IMG/VR virus record: IMGVR_UViG_3300017917_001112
Coordinates: 101,257-165,256 of that record
DNA length: 64,000 bases
DNA from: a virus
Reading direction: 5' to 3' (one strand)
The notes under the pieces are model-generated. The model was not told the DNA's origin. It saw only the letters and a list, made by a program, of their open reading frames with translations, and did not search any database. Each line of letters opens with the position of its first letter. Position 1 is the stretch's first letter. This document shows positions 55,380-64,000 of the stretch, piece after piece. The translations under genes and the position numbers were made by a program.

Positions 55380-55618
55380 TTCTTGAAACATTGATTCGAC
55401 AGAAAAGATATTTCAATGAGAAATCTAAAAAAGATATAGATGTTGCTCGAATGTTTTTCCAAGATCATACTTGGGGTAATAATGGTTGTCCATTTATTTT
55501 GGAATATCCATATTTGTCTATACCAGATATGATTAAGGATAAGATGATTCACAAATCATTAGGCATAAAATTTGACAGAAGGCATCATTTTGTTGGTGAT
55601 ACGGTGAACTATGGATGA
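55376..55618 (+). CDS. hypothetical protein
   Basis: CPFILEYPY; GGAGG SD. Confidence 0.65.
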   Translation: MILETLIRQKRYFNEKSKKDIDVARMFFQDHTWGNNGCPFILEYPYLSIPDMIKDKMIHKSLGIKFDRRHHFVGDTVNYG

Positions 55619-55823
55619 ACAAAAATTTAATGAATTATATACAAGAATTCGTAAAGATTATGATGAGATGGTATACAAAGATGGAACATCGCCAATGAGT
55701 GTGTTCGGTGTATATCTTGGTATAATTGCTCAAGAATTTAAAGACAACTCAAGCAAAGAAGAATTTGAGAGATTTTTAAAAGAAATGATGAGAGTTGATT
55801 GGCCAGAAAAAACGATAAACTGA
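55611..55823 (+). CDS. hypothetical protein
   Basis: coupled ORF. Confidence 0.6.
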   Translation: MDEQKFNELYTRIRKDYDEMVYKDGTSPMSVFGVYLGIIAQEFKDNSSKEEFERFLKEMMRVDWPEKTIN

Positions 55824-55825
55824 AT

Positions 55826-56266
55826 ATGAACACTTGGACTGTTACCGTAGAAGAAGATGAGAATGGCGAATTGGTTTTACCATTCAGTCAAGATATTATG
55901 GATGCTGTTGGTTGGAAAATTGGCGACACAGTTAACTGGCAACAAAATGAAAAAGGAGAATGGACTTTGACTAAAGTTGAAAAGAAAGAATGGGTGCTTG
56001 TTGAGACTGTTCAACAATTTCGTCATCGCTACATGGTAGAAGTTCCTGTTGGTAAAAAAGATTGGGCACTTGATACTGTAACACTTGATGAAGCAAAAGA
56101 GTTCTCTCAACTACATCTTGGAGAAACAATCGTTTCGCATCGTGTTGTTACAGAAGAGGAAGCACTGAGAATTTGTGATGAGGACAATGACTATTGTAAA
56201 ACTTGGAATGATGATCACAAAATAAATGTTTTCTTTACAAAAGAGGGTGAGAAACGTGAGGACTAG
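55826..56266 (+). CDS. AbrB/MazE-like N-terminal domain fused to a conserved phage domain
   Basis: GELVLPF..DIM..VGWKIGDTVNW; EFSQLHLGE. Confidence 0.55.
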   Translation: MNTWTVTVEEDENGELVLPFSQDIMDAVGWKIGDTVNWQQNEKGEWTLTKVEKKEWVLVETVQQFRHRYMVEVPVGKKDWALDTVTLDEAKEFSQLHLGETIVSHRVVTEEEALRICDEDNDYCKTWNDDHKINVFFTKEGEKRED

Positions 56267-56465
56267 AGAAACAGAAAAAACTTCTGTTTGGATGTATGTT
56301 TCTGCTATGTTGTTGTCAATATGTTGTTTGCTTGTAATCTTAATGTTCGCAGATAAAATTGACGGAATACATAAAGTAGTTTATAATTGTGAACTAGCAG
56401 AGATTAGTCCAGATTATCCAATAGAAGTTAAAAATCAATGCAGAAAACTTAGGAGTAATAAATGA
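56256..56465 (+). CDS. small membrane-anchored protein
   Basis: TM helix then YNC.LAEISPDYP.EVK..CR. Confidence 0.6.
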   Translation: MRTRETEKTSVWMYVSAMLLSICCLLVILMFADKIDGIHKVVYNCELAEISPDYPIEVKNQCRKLRSNK

Positions 56466-56830
56466 AATTTATTTTTAAATCAAAGTTTCAAGGATTTGGT
56501 AGTCCAGAAACAACAATGGAATTTGAAGCAGATGATCTAAATGATGTCTTGATGTATTTTACAGACTTCCTTCGTGGCGCAGGTTATACGTTTGATGGTG
56601 TTGTTGACATTGTTCCATTAGAAACCAATTCAGAATTCGATGAAGAAGAACAACAAACGCAGAATGGTGTTTGGCCATTCAATAAAGATGAATATGAGTA
56701 TGAAAAAGAAGAACTACCGTTTCCAAATTATGGTGGGGAAAGATGTTCAGTTTGTGGTATAACACGGCAAGAGATGGGTCAAAATATTTGTTATGATACA
56801 CGTTGCGCTTTGGGGTTGAATCGTGTCTAA
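56462..56830 (+). CDS. hypothetical protein
   Basis: FLRGAGY; AGGAG SD. Confidence 0.65.
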   Translation: MKFIFKSKFQGFGSPETTMEFEADDLNDVLMYFTDFLRGAGYTFDGVVDIVPLETNSEFDEEEQQTQNGVWPFNKDEYEYEKEELPFPNYGGERCSVCGITRQEMGQNICYDTRCALGLNRV

Positions 56831-57197
56831 AGTATTTACAGACGTAGAAGTTTTTTTGCGTGCAGTTGGACACACACCTCCACCATTCAACGCTAATGAA
56901 TCAGAACAATCAGAGTTGTATAGAAAACTAATTACTGAAGAATACTCTGAATTTATTGAGGCTGTCAATAATGATAATGACGCTGAAAAATGTGATGCAT
57001 GTTTTGACATGATTTGGGTCATTGTTGGATATATGCGGTCACGTGGTTGGGATTGTGAACGAATTTGGGATGAGGGATCAAAATCGAATCTTTCTAAAAT
57101 TGATCCAGTAACTGGATTGGTTCGTCGTCGTGAAGATGGGAAAATTTTAAAACCAGAAGGATGGCAACCACCAAATTTCCAAAAATTTGTCAAATAA
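56823..57197 (+). CDS. MazG-like NTP pyrophosphohydrolase
   Basis: LITEEYSEF, DACFDMIWV, SNLSK, REDGKILKP. Confidence 0.85.
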   Translation: MSKVFTDVEVFLRAVGHTPPPFNANESEQSELYRKLITEEYSEFIEAVNNDNDAEKCDACFDMIWVIVGYMRSRGWDCERIWDEGSKSNLSKIDPVTGLVRRREDGKILKPEGWQPPNFQKFVK

Positions 57198-57198
57198 T

Positions 57199-57227
57199 TT
57201 GACAAATATAACACATTGAAGTATAAT
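57199..57227 (+). promoter_or_regulatory. sigma70-type promoter
   Basis: TTGACA-17-TATAAT. Confidence 0.85.
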
Positions 57228-57233
57228 ATTGAT

Positions 57234-57734
57234 ATGATTACACTATATCTTGACATGGATGGAGTTGTTGCGAACTTTGATAAAGCGTATCGTGAATACG
57301 ATCCGTTAAAAGAAGATCGTAAAAAATTTAGAAGCGCAGTTATGGATGGTAAAATCTTTGAAGATTTAGAGCCAATGCCAAATGCTAACATTCTACTTTC
57401 ACATGTATCAAATCTTCGTGATGTTCATATTGAAATGCTGACATCAATGGGAACATTTGATATCTCACAAGGTGCTGAAGCGAAAAGACAGAAACTTGTA
57501 TGGTTGCGTAAACACAACATCAAGTATAAAGCCAATTTCGTTAGAAGTAAACAAGAGAAAGCGAATTACGCAACGCCAAAATCTATTTTGATTGACGACT
57601 CCGTTGGATGTGTTGATCCATTTACACGTGCTGGTGGTCATGGTATTTTACATAATGATTCAGTAATTCGTCATACTCTTATGACACTTGACACTATTAT
57701 TTTACAACTTCGTGCTATTGATGCTTTGCGATAA
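57234..57734 (+). CDS. HAD-family 5'(3')-deoxyribonucleotidase
   Basis: LDMDGVVANF, K..WL, LIDD. Confidence 0.85.
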   Translation: MITLYLDMDGVVANFDKAYREYDPLKEDRKKFRSAVMDGKIFEDLEPMPNANILLSHVSNLRDVHIEMLTSMGTFDISQGAEAKRQKLVWLRKHNIKYKANFVRSKQEKANYATPKSILIDDSVGCVDPFTRAGGHGILHNDSVIRHTLMTLDTIILQLRAIDALR

Positions 57735-57736
57735 TT

Positions 57737-58294
57737 ATGAACATTTTCTTTCTAGACATATGCACCAAAAGTTGCGCTGAACAGCATGTAGATAAACATG
57801 TTGTTAAAATGATCTTGGAGTATGCACAACTTCTATCAACAGCACATAGACTTCTAGATGGATCAGAATATCTAGATAAAACTGCTAATGGTAGAAATAT
57901 TAAACGCTGGAAATTGGAAGATTACAAACTAGATTCAATTCTATTTAAAGCATCTCATATAAATCATCCTTCTGCTAAATGGGTTCGCGAAAGCAGATCT
58001 AATTATCGTTGGCTTGCTTCATTGTTGGAAAATCTTTGCGCAGAATACACACATCGATATGGTAAGGTTCACTCTGTTCAGCGTAGTGGTCTTGCTTCTT
58101 TATTGAGAAACAATTTTCCTAGAAATTTTCCAGATAGTGATATTATTACAAGAACTGACCCACCACCTGCTATGCCAGATGAATGTAAAGTTCCAGGCAA
58201 TTCTATTCAGTCGTATCACAATTACTATATAATGAAGAAGAACCACTTTGCAAAGTGGACTAAACGTGATGTTCCTGAATGGTATACTGTATGA
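57737..58294 (+). CDS. pyrimidine-dimer DNA glycosylase-like protein
   Basis: MNIFFL...DKHVVKMILEYAQLLSTAH, HINHP, EYTHRYGKVH, AMPD. Confidence 0.75.
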   Translation: MNIFFLDICTKSCAEQHVDKHVVKMILEYAQLLSTAHRLLDGSEYLDKTANGRNIKRWKLEDYKLDSILFKASHINHPSAKWVRESRSNYRWLASLLENLCAEYTHRYGKVHSVQRSGLASLLRNNFPRNFPDSDIITRTDPPPAMPDECKVPGNSIQSYHNYYIMKKNHFAKWTKRDVPEWYTV

Positions 58295-58977
58295 GCGATG
58301 AAGTAAATCTACTTGATAATTATCGTGTAATATTCAATTTAATTTCTTTAAAAGCAAAAAATCTTCATGCTGTTTTGTGTAAAGAAACAGGTAGGATTGT
58401 TTGTTTTACTAATTGGATGCAGACAGCGAAAGCGATAGAATCTGATCCATCATTAAGGGTTTGGTACTTTATCAATCATGCCAAACTTATTCCAAGTAAT
58501 GTGAATTTAAACACACCATATGAGGTTGTGTTTGATGCCATCACTGGCGCATTCTTTGTCAAAGAAATAACTCAGGAAGAAGTAAACAGATTTATCGTTA
58601 TAAGCGAAAAAGCTGCAGTTCTAGACATCGTTCACAGAACAATAAATCAAGAACGTGATCACATTCGAGCAAATCTTGCATTACAAGAATATGTCTATGA
58701 AAAGAAATATGAAGAAGCGTTAGAGGTGATTGATGGTGGGTTTGATAGAGAGAAACACATCTATATTTGTTCTGAATCGAACGAAAAGAATATCAATCCA
58801 GTAAAATTGGCAAGAGCAATTATCGATAAGAGAAACTTCGCAGAATCTAGATTGTTTCATACAGAACAACTTCGTGTAAAATACACAAATATGTTGAAAC
58901 AATGTAACAGTTTACTTAAAGTAAATGAGATTTTAGACGAGTTCAATAGAGAGTCAAGTATATATGGCAGATTCTAA
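58291..58977 (+). CDS. helical partner protein A3 (module 3)
   Basis: same size and position as A1/A2; N-terminal L.AV.....I..F; helical C-terminus. Confidence 0.6.
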   Translation: MSDEVNLLDNYRVIFNLISLKAKNLHAVLCKETGRIVCFTNWMQTAKAIESDPSLRVWYFINHAKLIPSNVNLNTPYEVVFDAITGAFFVKEITQEEVNRFIVISEKAAVLDIVHRTINQERDHIRANLALQEYVYEKKYEEALEVIDGGFDREKHIYICSESNEKNINPVKLARAIIDKRNFAESRLFHTEQLRVKYTNMLKQCNSLLKVNEILDEFNRESSIYGRF

Positions 58978-60124
58978 ATTCATCTATGTCAACACAAGTA
59001 AATTGTATGTTGAAAAAACATATAAAGAGATTCCATCATTTAAGCCAGTGAGAAGAACTAGATTGTTTAGTGATGAGAAATATAATGAAATTCCAGGAAT
59101 TGATTTATACAAGAAGTTCTCATATTATTTTGGGAACAATATTGTTTCCATTGATAGAACAAACACAATCATAACTCCATTTAAAACAACATTGGCACCT
59201 TTCCTTTCTATGCCAGAATATGAGAAACAAGATCTTTCTTATTCTGAATGTTGCGATAACAGAGCAAAGGAACTGTTGTCATTTGATAAGACATTATATG
59301 TCATGTATAGTGGTGGGATTGACAGTACGACAATGCTTTCGGCATTACTAAACAATTCAACAAAGAATCAACAAAAGAAAATAAATGTTTTATTGTCTAA
59401 CGAAAGTATAATCAATAATCAGAAATTTTATGATGACATTATATGTGGTAATTTGAAAACAATTCCTTCTTATGAATTTGTCGAATATATTGGTCTCGAC
59501 CAAGAAAGCATTTTCCTAACAGCAGAAAACAACGATGAATTATTTGGAACAAATCTAGTCTCTTCTTTTATACATAGACATGACTTTGACATTCTATTTG
59601 AAGAACCAACAGTTTCCAATTTGTTTAAAGTTTTAGAAAAGAGAACAATCATTTCTTCAGAAGAAGAAAAAAAAGATATGAGAAAATGTATTGATCTTAT
59701 GTTGTCAGTCGCTGAAAAATCTCCAGTAAAACTAGATACAATTTATAAATTATTTTGGTGGTTGAATTTCAGTTTAATGTGGAATGTTTCCTATACAAGA
59801 TTGCTCGGATTTGTTAAATACAAAACATATCCAGAGTGTAACTTTCATTCTTTCTTCTCAACAAAAGAATTTCAATTATGGTCAATGAATAATGTTGATA
59901 ATCTAATTGGTTCTGATTGGAAAACAGCAAAACAACATGCAAAAGACTATATAAATGAGTATCACAAAAATGAACATTACAGAGTTTCTGCTGTGCCAGG
60001 AAGTAATCTTAGTAATATTTGTTACAACAAACCTGCACCATTTGCCATTGGAACTGATATGATCAAGTGGAACATTGGAGATAGCATTGACCATTTTATT
60101 GAGCCAAATAATTCATTCCTATGA
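58964..60124 (+). CDS. asparagine-synthetase-like PP-loop ATP pyrophosphatase B3
   Basis: YSGGIDST, AENNDELFG, FWWLNF, FQLWSM. Confidence 0.75.
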   Translation: MADSKFIYVNTSKLYVEKTYKEIPSFKPVRRTRLFSDEKYNEIPGIDLYKKFSYYFGNNIVSIDRTNTIITPFKTTLAPFLSMPEYEKQDLSYSECCDNRAKELLSFDKTLYVMYSGGIDSTTMLSALLNNSTKNQQKKINVLLSNESIINNQKFYDDIICGNLKTIPSYEFVEYIGLDQESIFLTAENNDELFGTNLVSSFIHRHDFDILFEEPTVSNLFKVLEKRTIISSEEEKKDMRKCIDLMLSVAEKSPVKLDTIYKLFWWLNFSLMWNVSYTRLLGFVKYKTYPECNFHSFFSTKEFQLWSMNNVDNLIGSDWKTAKQHAKDYINEYHKNEHYRVSAVPGSNLSNICYNKPAPFAIGTDMIKWNIGDSIDHFIEPNNSFL

Positions 60125-60783
60125 TTAAAAGTAAATTCTTAATAGACAAGATGGAAACAATGTATCCATCACTCGCACACTACGCAGATGTAAATGAGTT
60201 GGGAGATCTTGGGTATTTGTATACGCAAGCACTTTCTACAACCTATGGTTATGTGTTGGAGGGCGAGGCAAATTTCGAAGGCGAAGAATCAATCACAGCT
60301 GGTAAGTATTTCTGCAGATGGACAAAGGAACAAACAAGAATAAACTATACAGGAAAACTTGTTTTGTTTATTAGAGTTGGATTTAAAGGACAAAATTTAA
60401 TTGGTGGACCAATTGAGGAAGGTGGGCGTCTATCATATATTGATGGTTGTTCAGATACTATTCTTGTGTATCCTCCAAGACTTGGCGACCCATCTCTAAA
60501 TGTTTTATATTTTCCAAAGGGAGTTGACCAAACATTCCACACACATCCCTCGATCCGCATGGGTGTGGTTGTATCTGGTGCTGGGTATGCCTCATTGGAC
60601 GAAACCGAAGAACACGATGTAATTCTTACAACAGGCGATATGTTTTGTTTAGAACAAAACGAAAGACACAGATTTAGAACAACTGGAAACGCAATGGTCA
60701 TAATTGTTTATCATCCAGATGGAGACTGGGGTCCAACTGACCATGACCACATTATGAAAAACAGAACTTACTTAACTAAATAG
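60121..60783 (+). CDS. cupin-domain metalloprotein
   Basis: HTHPS.R.G.V..G, E.H.F, HPDGDWGPTD. Confidence 0.75.
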   Translation: MIKSKFLIDKMETMYPSLAHYADVNELGDLGYLYTQALSTTYGYVLEGEANFEGEESITAGKYFCRWTKEQTRINYTGKLVLFIRVGFKGQNLIGGPIEEGGRLSYIDGCSDTILVYPPRLGDPSLNVLYFPKGVDQTFHTHPSIRMGVVVSGAGYASLDETEEHDVILTTGDMFCLEQNERHRFRTTGNAMVIIVYHPDGDWGPTDHDHIMKNRTYLTK

Positions 60784-60787
60784 AGAT

Positions 60788-61030
60788 ATGCCTACATACA
60801 CTTTTAAAAATAAAGAAACAGGGGAAGTCTTTGAGAAATTTATGGGTATCTCTGCTCGTGAAGAATATCTCAAAGAAAATCCAAACTTAGAAACAGTTAT
60901 CAATGGTGCTCCGACTCTTGGCGACCCAGTTCGTCTTGGAATTCGTAAAGTGCCAGATGGATTCAGGGAGGTATTAAACAAAGTACACGAGAGGATGCCA
61001 GGAAGTACGTTAAAAGATAACATCAGATAA
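60788..61030 (+). CDS. FmdB-like small protein
   Basis: MPTYTF....TGE; DGFREVL. Confidence 0.65.
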   Translation: MPTYTFKNKETGEVFEKFMGISAREEYLKENPNLETVINGAPTLGDPVRLGIRKVPDGFREVLNKVHERMPGSTLKDNIR

Positions 61031-61045
61031 AAGGAAAGATCCCCA

Positions 61046-61813
61046 ATGGCAAAAAGAGCAGCTGTAGTAAAGATTGATAATGCTGTGAGTGAACCTAAAA
61101 CGCCAAATTCGAGACAAACAAATTCGTTAAAGATTAGGATTGATGAACTAAAAACATTTCAACCATTAACACAAAATCAAAAATTATTTTACGATGCGTA
61201 TAAGAGAGGGGATTATTTTGTTGCACTACATGGTGTAGCAGGTACAGGAAAATCATTTATCGCTGTATATAAAGCACTAGAAGAAGTACTAGATAAAGGA
61301 AACCCATTCGATAAGATTGTTATTGTTAGATCAGCAGTTCAGTCTAGAGAAATTGGGCATCTTCCAGGAGATATTGATGAGAAGATGGAAATTTATCAGC
61401 AACCATACAGACAAATATGTGAAACTCTGTTTGGTCGTAAAGATGCTTACCAAAGATTGTGTGAGCAAGGACATATAGAATTTGTTTCTACTTCGTTTAT
61501 TCGAGGTATGAGTTTTGATGATTGTATTATTATCGTTGATGAAATGCAGAACATGTCATTTGAGGAACTTGATACAGTTATGACACGTGTTGGTCATCGT
61601 TCGAAAATTATTTTCTGCGGTGATTATCGTCAGACTGATCTTAAGAAAGGTAATGACAAGTCTGGTTTGTTCAAATTCTTTGACATCGCTCATCATATGG
61701 GCGCATTTACAAGAATTGAATTTACTCCAGATGATATTGTTCGTAGTTCATTAGTTAAAGATTATATCCTCGCAAAAATAAAATACGAGGATAACATAGA
61801 AAAAGGAAATTAA
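61046..61813 (+). CDS. phoH: PhoH-like ATPase
   Basis: GVAGTGKS, IGHLPG, RGMSF, VDEMQN, GDYRQTD, IVRS. Confidence 0.93.
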   Translation: MAKRAAVVKIDNAVSEPKTPNSRQTNSLKIRIDELKTFQPLTQNQKLFYDAYKRGDYFVALHGVAGTGKSFIAVYKALEEVLDKGNPFDKIVIVRSAVQSREIGHLPGDIDEKMEIYQQPYRQICETLFGRKDAYQRLCEQGHIEFVSTSFIRGMSFDDCIIIVDEMQNMSFEELDTVMTRVGHRSKIIFCGDYRQTDLKKGNDKSGLFKFFDIAHHMGAFTRIEFTPDDIVRSSLVKDYILAKIKYEDNIEKGN

Positions 61814-62443
61814 ATGGCACATGTAACATTAGAACTATTGCAAAGAATTGCTCCACAAACCAAAGTTGAAAAACTTGAGGGATTCGTAGAGGGGTTGCAA
61901 ACTGCTTGCGAGAAATTTGAAATTAACACAGTATCTCGTATGGCTTGTTTCTTGGCTCAAGTTGGTCACGAATCTGGTGGTTTCAATGCTGTTAAAGAAA
62001 ATCTAAACTATGGCGCAAAGGGTTTACGTGGGACATTCCCAAAGTATTTCCCAACAGATGAACTTGCGCTTGAGTATGAAAGACAACCAGAAAAAATTGC
62101 CAACAGAGTCTATGCCAATCGTATGGGCAACGGAGACGAGGCTTCAGGCGATGGTTTCAAATATCGTGGTCGTGGTTTGATTCAGTTGACAGGATGTAAT
62201 AACTACACATCATTCGCAAACGACATTGGTCTTTCAATGGATGAAACAATTGAATACTTAGAAACATATGAAGGTGCTGCTATGTCAGCTGGTTGGTTCT
62301 GGTGGAAAAATAATCTAAACCAATGGGCAGACCAAGAAGATATGCTCAACTTGACTAAGAGAATCAATGGTGGTACTATTGGTTTACAAGATCGTATTCA
62401 TCACTTTGAGATGGCAAAAGGAGCGTTAGAGACGCAAATTTAA
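61814..62443 (+). CDS. GH19 (chitinase-like) endolysin
   Basis: FLAQVGHESG, ENLNY, YRGRGLIQLTG, TKRINGG. Confidence 0.9.
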   Translation: MAHVTLELLQRIAPQTKVEKLEGFVEGLQTACEKFEINTVSRMACFLAQVGHESGGFNAVKENLNYGAKGLRGTFPKYFPTDELALEYERQPEKIANRVYANRMGNGDEASGDGFKYRGRGLIQLTGCNNYTSFANDIGLSMDETIEYLETYEGAAMSAGWFWWKNNLNQWADQEDMLNLTKRINGGTIGLQDRIHHFEMAKGALETQI

Positions 62444-62446
62444 TTT

Positions 62447-63100
62447 ATGATTACACATATACATCATGATTTACAGCGATTACAACGTGTTACAACAGAG
62501 GAGGGTAGGTTCTATCAAACGCCAAGTGGTAGAGCCTATCCTTCAGTCACAACCATTACAGGATTGCTTAACAAACAAACAATCATCGAATGGAGAAAGA
62601 GAGTTGGAGAAGAAGAAGCCAACCGAATCTCAACAAGAGCAGCCAATCGAGGAACCAAAATTCATTCCCTCTGTGAATCATATCTCAATAATGTCGATGT
62701 TGAACCAGATATCTTTCACAAAGAGATGTGGGATTCATTATTACCAGAACTTAGAAAAATAAACAATGTTCATTGTTTAGAATCACCATTGTATTCTGAT
62801 CATTTAGAAGTTGCAGGAACTGTTGATTGCATTGCTGAGTATGATGGTAAACTTTCTGTTGTTGATTTTAAAACATCAAAGCGAATAAAAGACAAAGAGG
62901 ACATATCAAATTACTTTATGCAGTGTTCGGCATATGCTGTAGCGTTCGAAGAACGAACAGGAATTCCTGTTAGTCGTTTAGTGATTATTATGGGAGTGGA
63001 TGACGAACAATATCCACTCGTCTTCAAGGAAAAGCGTGATGATTGGATTGGCAAGTTTATTGATTTGAGGAGAGAATATCGTTATTTAAAAAATCACTAA
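62447..63100 (+). CDS. PD-(D/E)xK exonuclease (Cas4-like, T4-like phages)
   Basis: YPSVTT, RGTKIH, AGTVDC, VDFKTS, QCSAY. Confidence 0.85.
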   Translation: MITHIHHDLQRLQRVTTEEGRFYQTPSGRAYPSVTTITGLLNKQTIIEWRKRVGEEEANRISTRAANRGTKIHSLCESYLNNVDVEPDIFHKEMWDSLLPELRKINNVHCLESPLYSDHLEVAGTVDCIAEYDGKLSVVDFKTSKRIKDKEDISNYFMQCSAYAVAFEERTGIPVSRLVIIMGVDDEQYPLVFKEKRDDWIGKFIDLRREYRYLKNH

Positions 63101-63215
63101 TTGTCATTAAAAAATTAAATTAAAAAAAACTTGCTAATTAAAGATTTTTATTATAAAATATATACGTGGGGTTGAAAGAGACCTCTTTATTTTTTACAAT
63201 TTATTGGAGATATAA

Positions 63216-63791
63216 ATGAAAACTGTTGGAGAAAAACTTGAGCCATTCGTGGTAACTGGTGTCAAGCCAGGAGCATTGACACCTGATAATGCTTTTGAAT
63301 CAATTAATGAGGGTTCTTTTGGTGGTAAATGGAAAGTAATTGTATTTTATCCTAAAGATTTCACTTTCGTGTGCCCAACTGAAATTGTTGCGTATGATAA
63401 GTTGAATCAGGATTTCGCTGATCGTGATGCTGTTCTTTTGATTGGTAGTACAGATAACGAATTCTGTAAATTAGCATGGCGTGCTGCACATGAAGATCTA
63501 AAGAAAACAAACAGCTGGATGTTTGCTGATACCATTCGTGATGGTCTGTGGGATGAACATAATGACAAGTATCGTAGTGGTCTTGCTGAACAACTTGGTG
63601 TTTTCTACGAACCAGCAGGTGCTGCTTTGCGTGCAACATTTATTGTTGACCCAGCTAATGAGATTCAACATGTGACTGTGAACAACTTGAATGTTGGTCG
63701 CAATCCAGAAGAAACTCTACGTATTCTTGATGCTCTTCAGACTGGAGAACTCTGCGCATGTAATCGTAAAGTTGGTGGAGAAACACTATAA
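63216..63791 (+). CDS. ahpC: 2-Cys peroxiredoxin AhpC
   Basis: FYPKDFTFVCPTE, RATFIVDP, GELC. Confidence 0.95.
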   Translation: MKTVGEKLEPFVVTGVKPGALTPDNAFESINEGSFGGKWKVIVFYPKDFTFVCPTEIVAYDKLNQDFADRDAVLLIGSTDNEFCKLAWRAAHEDLKKTNSWMFADTIRDGLWDEHNDKYRSGLAEQLGVFYEPAGAALRATFIVDPANEIQHVTVNNLNVGRNPEETLRILDALQTGELCACNRKVGGETL

Positions 63792-64000
63792 TGGCATTCA
63801 TTGACACAGTCAAAGAAGCATTGCCAGACTATGCAAAAGACACCAAGTTAAATCTTGATGCTGTCCTTTTGCGTAGTACATTACCTGTTGATGAAGCGAT
63901 TGGTTGTGCTGTCGCTGCATTAGCTGCAACTGGCAATGGTAAATTACTAGCTGTATTACTTGCTGACGCACCTGCTGATGCATCTGCTGCAATGACTGCT
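63791..64000 (+). CDS. ahpD: alkylhydroperoxidase AhpD (5' part, truncated by the window)
   Basis: MAFIDTVKEALPDYAKDTKLNLDAVL; coupled to ahpC. Confidence 0.8.
   Translation, partial: MAFIDTVKEALPDYAKDTKLNLDAVLLRSTLPVDEAIGCAVAALAATGNGKLLAVLLADAPADASAAMTA

Noticed and set aside
62447-63100. Cas4-like nuclease as evidence of CRISPR; +1 ORF 62466-62762 as an overprinted gene
   Set aside because: A stand-alone exonuclease is routine in T4-like phages; the +1 ORF has no SD or protein-like features
1-64000. Minus-strand ORFs in the six-frame track
   Set aside because: All are shadows of well-supported + strand genes, with no recognisable motifs
1-64000. tRNA, rRNA, CRISPR array or integrase
   Set aside because: No cloverleaf, regular repeat-spacer array or recombinase motifs seen; intergenic gaps are short
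1-64000. Stop-codon reassignment
   Set aside because: Core genes are full length in the standard code and TAA, TGA and TAG all act as stops

Overview
A 64-kb segment of a large, AT-rich T4-like myovirus genome, with essentially all genes on the + strand. The host is probably a freshwater betaproteobacterium (inferred from the AhpC/AhpD, desaturase and phasin-like genes). The window holds the T4 replication core (gp45-44-62-regA, gp43, uvsX, gp41, gp61, rnh), nucleotide metabolism genes (nrdAB, thyX, dCMP deaminase, pyrophosphatases), a late virion and internal-head-protein block (20-34 kb), lysis genes (Rz with an embedded Rz1, a holin-like gene, a GH19 endolysin), host-stress genes (hsp20, dps, ahpC/D, BI-1, desaturase, phoH) and many consensus sigma70 promoters. 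Main candidates for new biology: (1) a TET/JBP-type dioxygenase and a glycosyltransferase that both end in the same clamp-binding tail as the DNA polymerase (LDEFFA/LEDFFA). This suggests a replisome-tethered base hypermodification system, possibly base-J-like on thymine, because the T-free sites CCGG and GGCC appear purged. (2) Three paralogous two-gene modules, each a helical partner protein plus a glutaminase-less asparagine-synthetase-like PP-loop enzyme. (3) Capsid-targeted enzymes and protease-cleavable polyproteins. (4) Non-coding or hidden signals: ROSE-like thermometers, a pseudoknot, a G-quadruplex, an antisense promoter into the lysis cassette and several overprinted ORFs. All calls come from reading motifs by eye; no searches were run.
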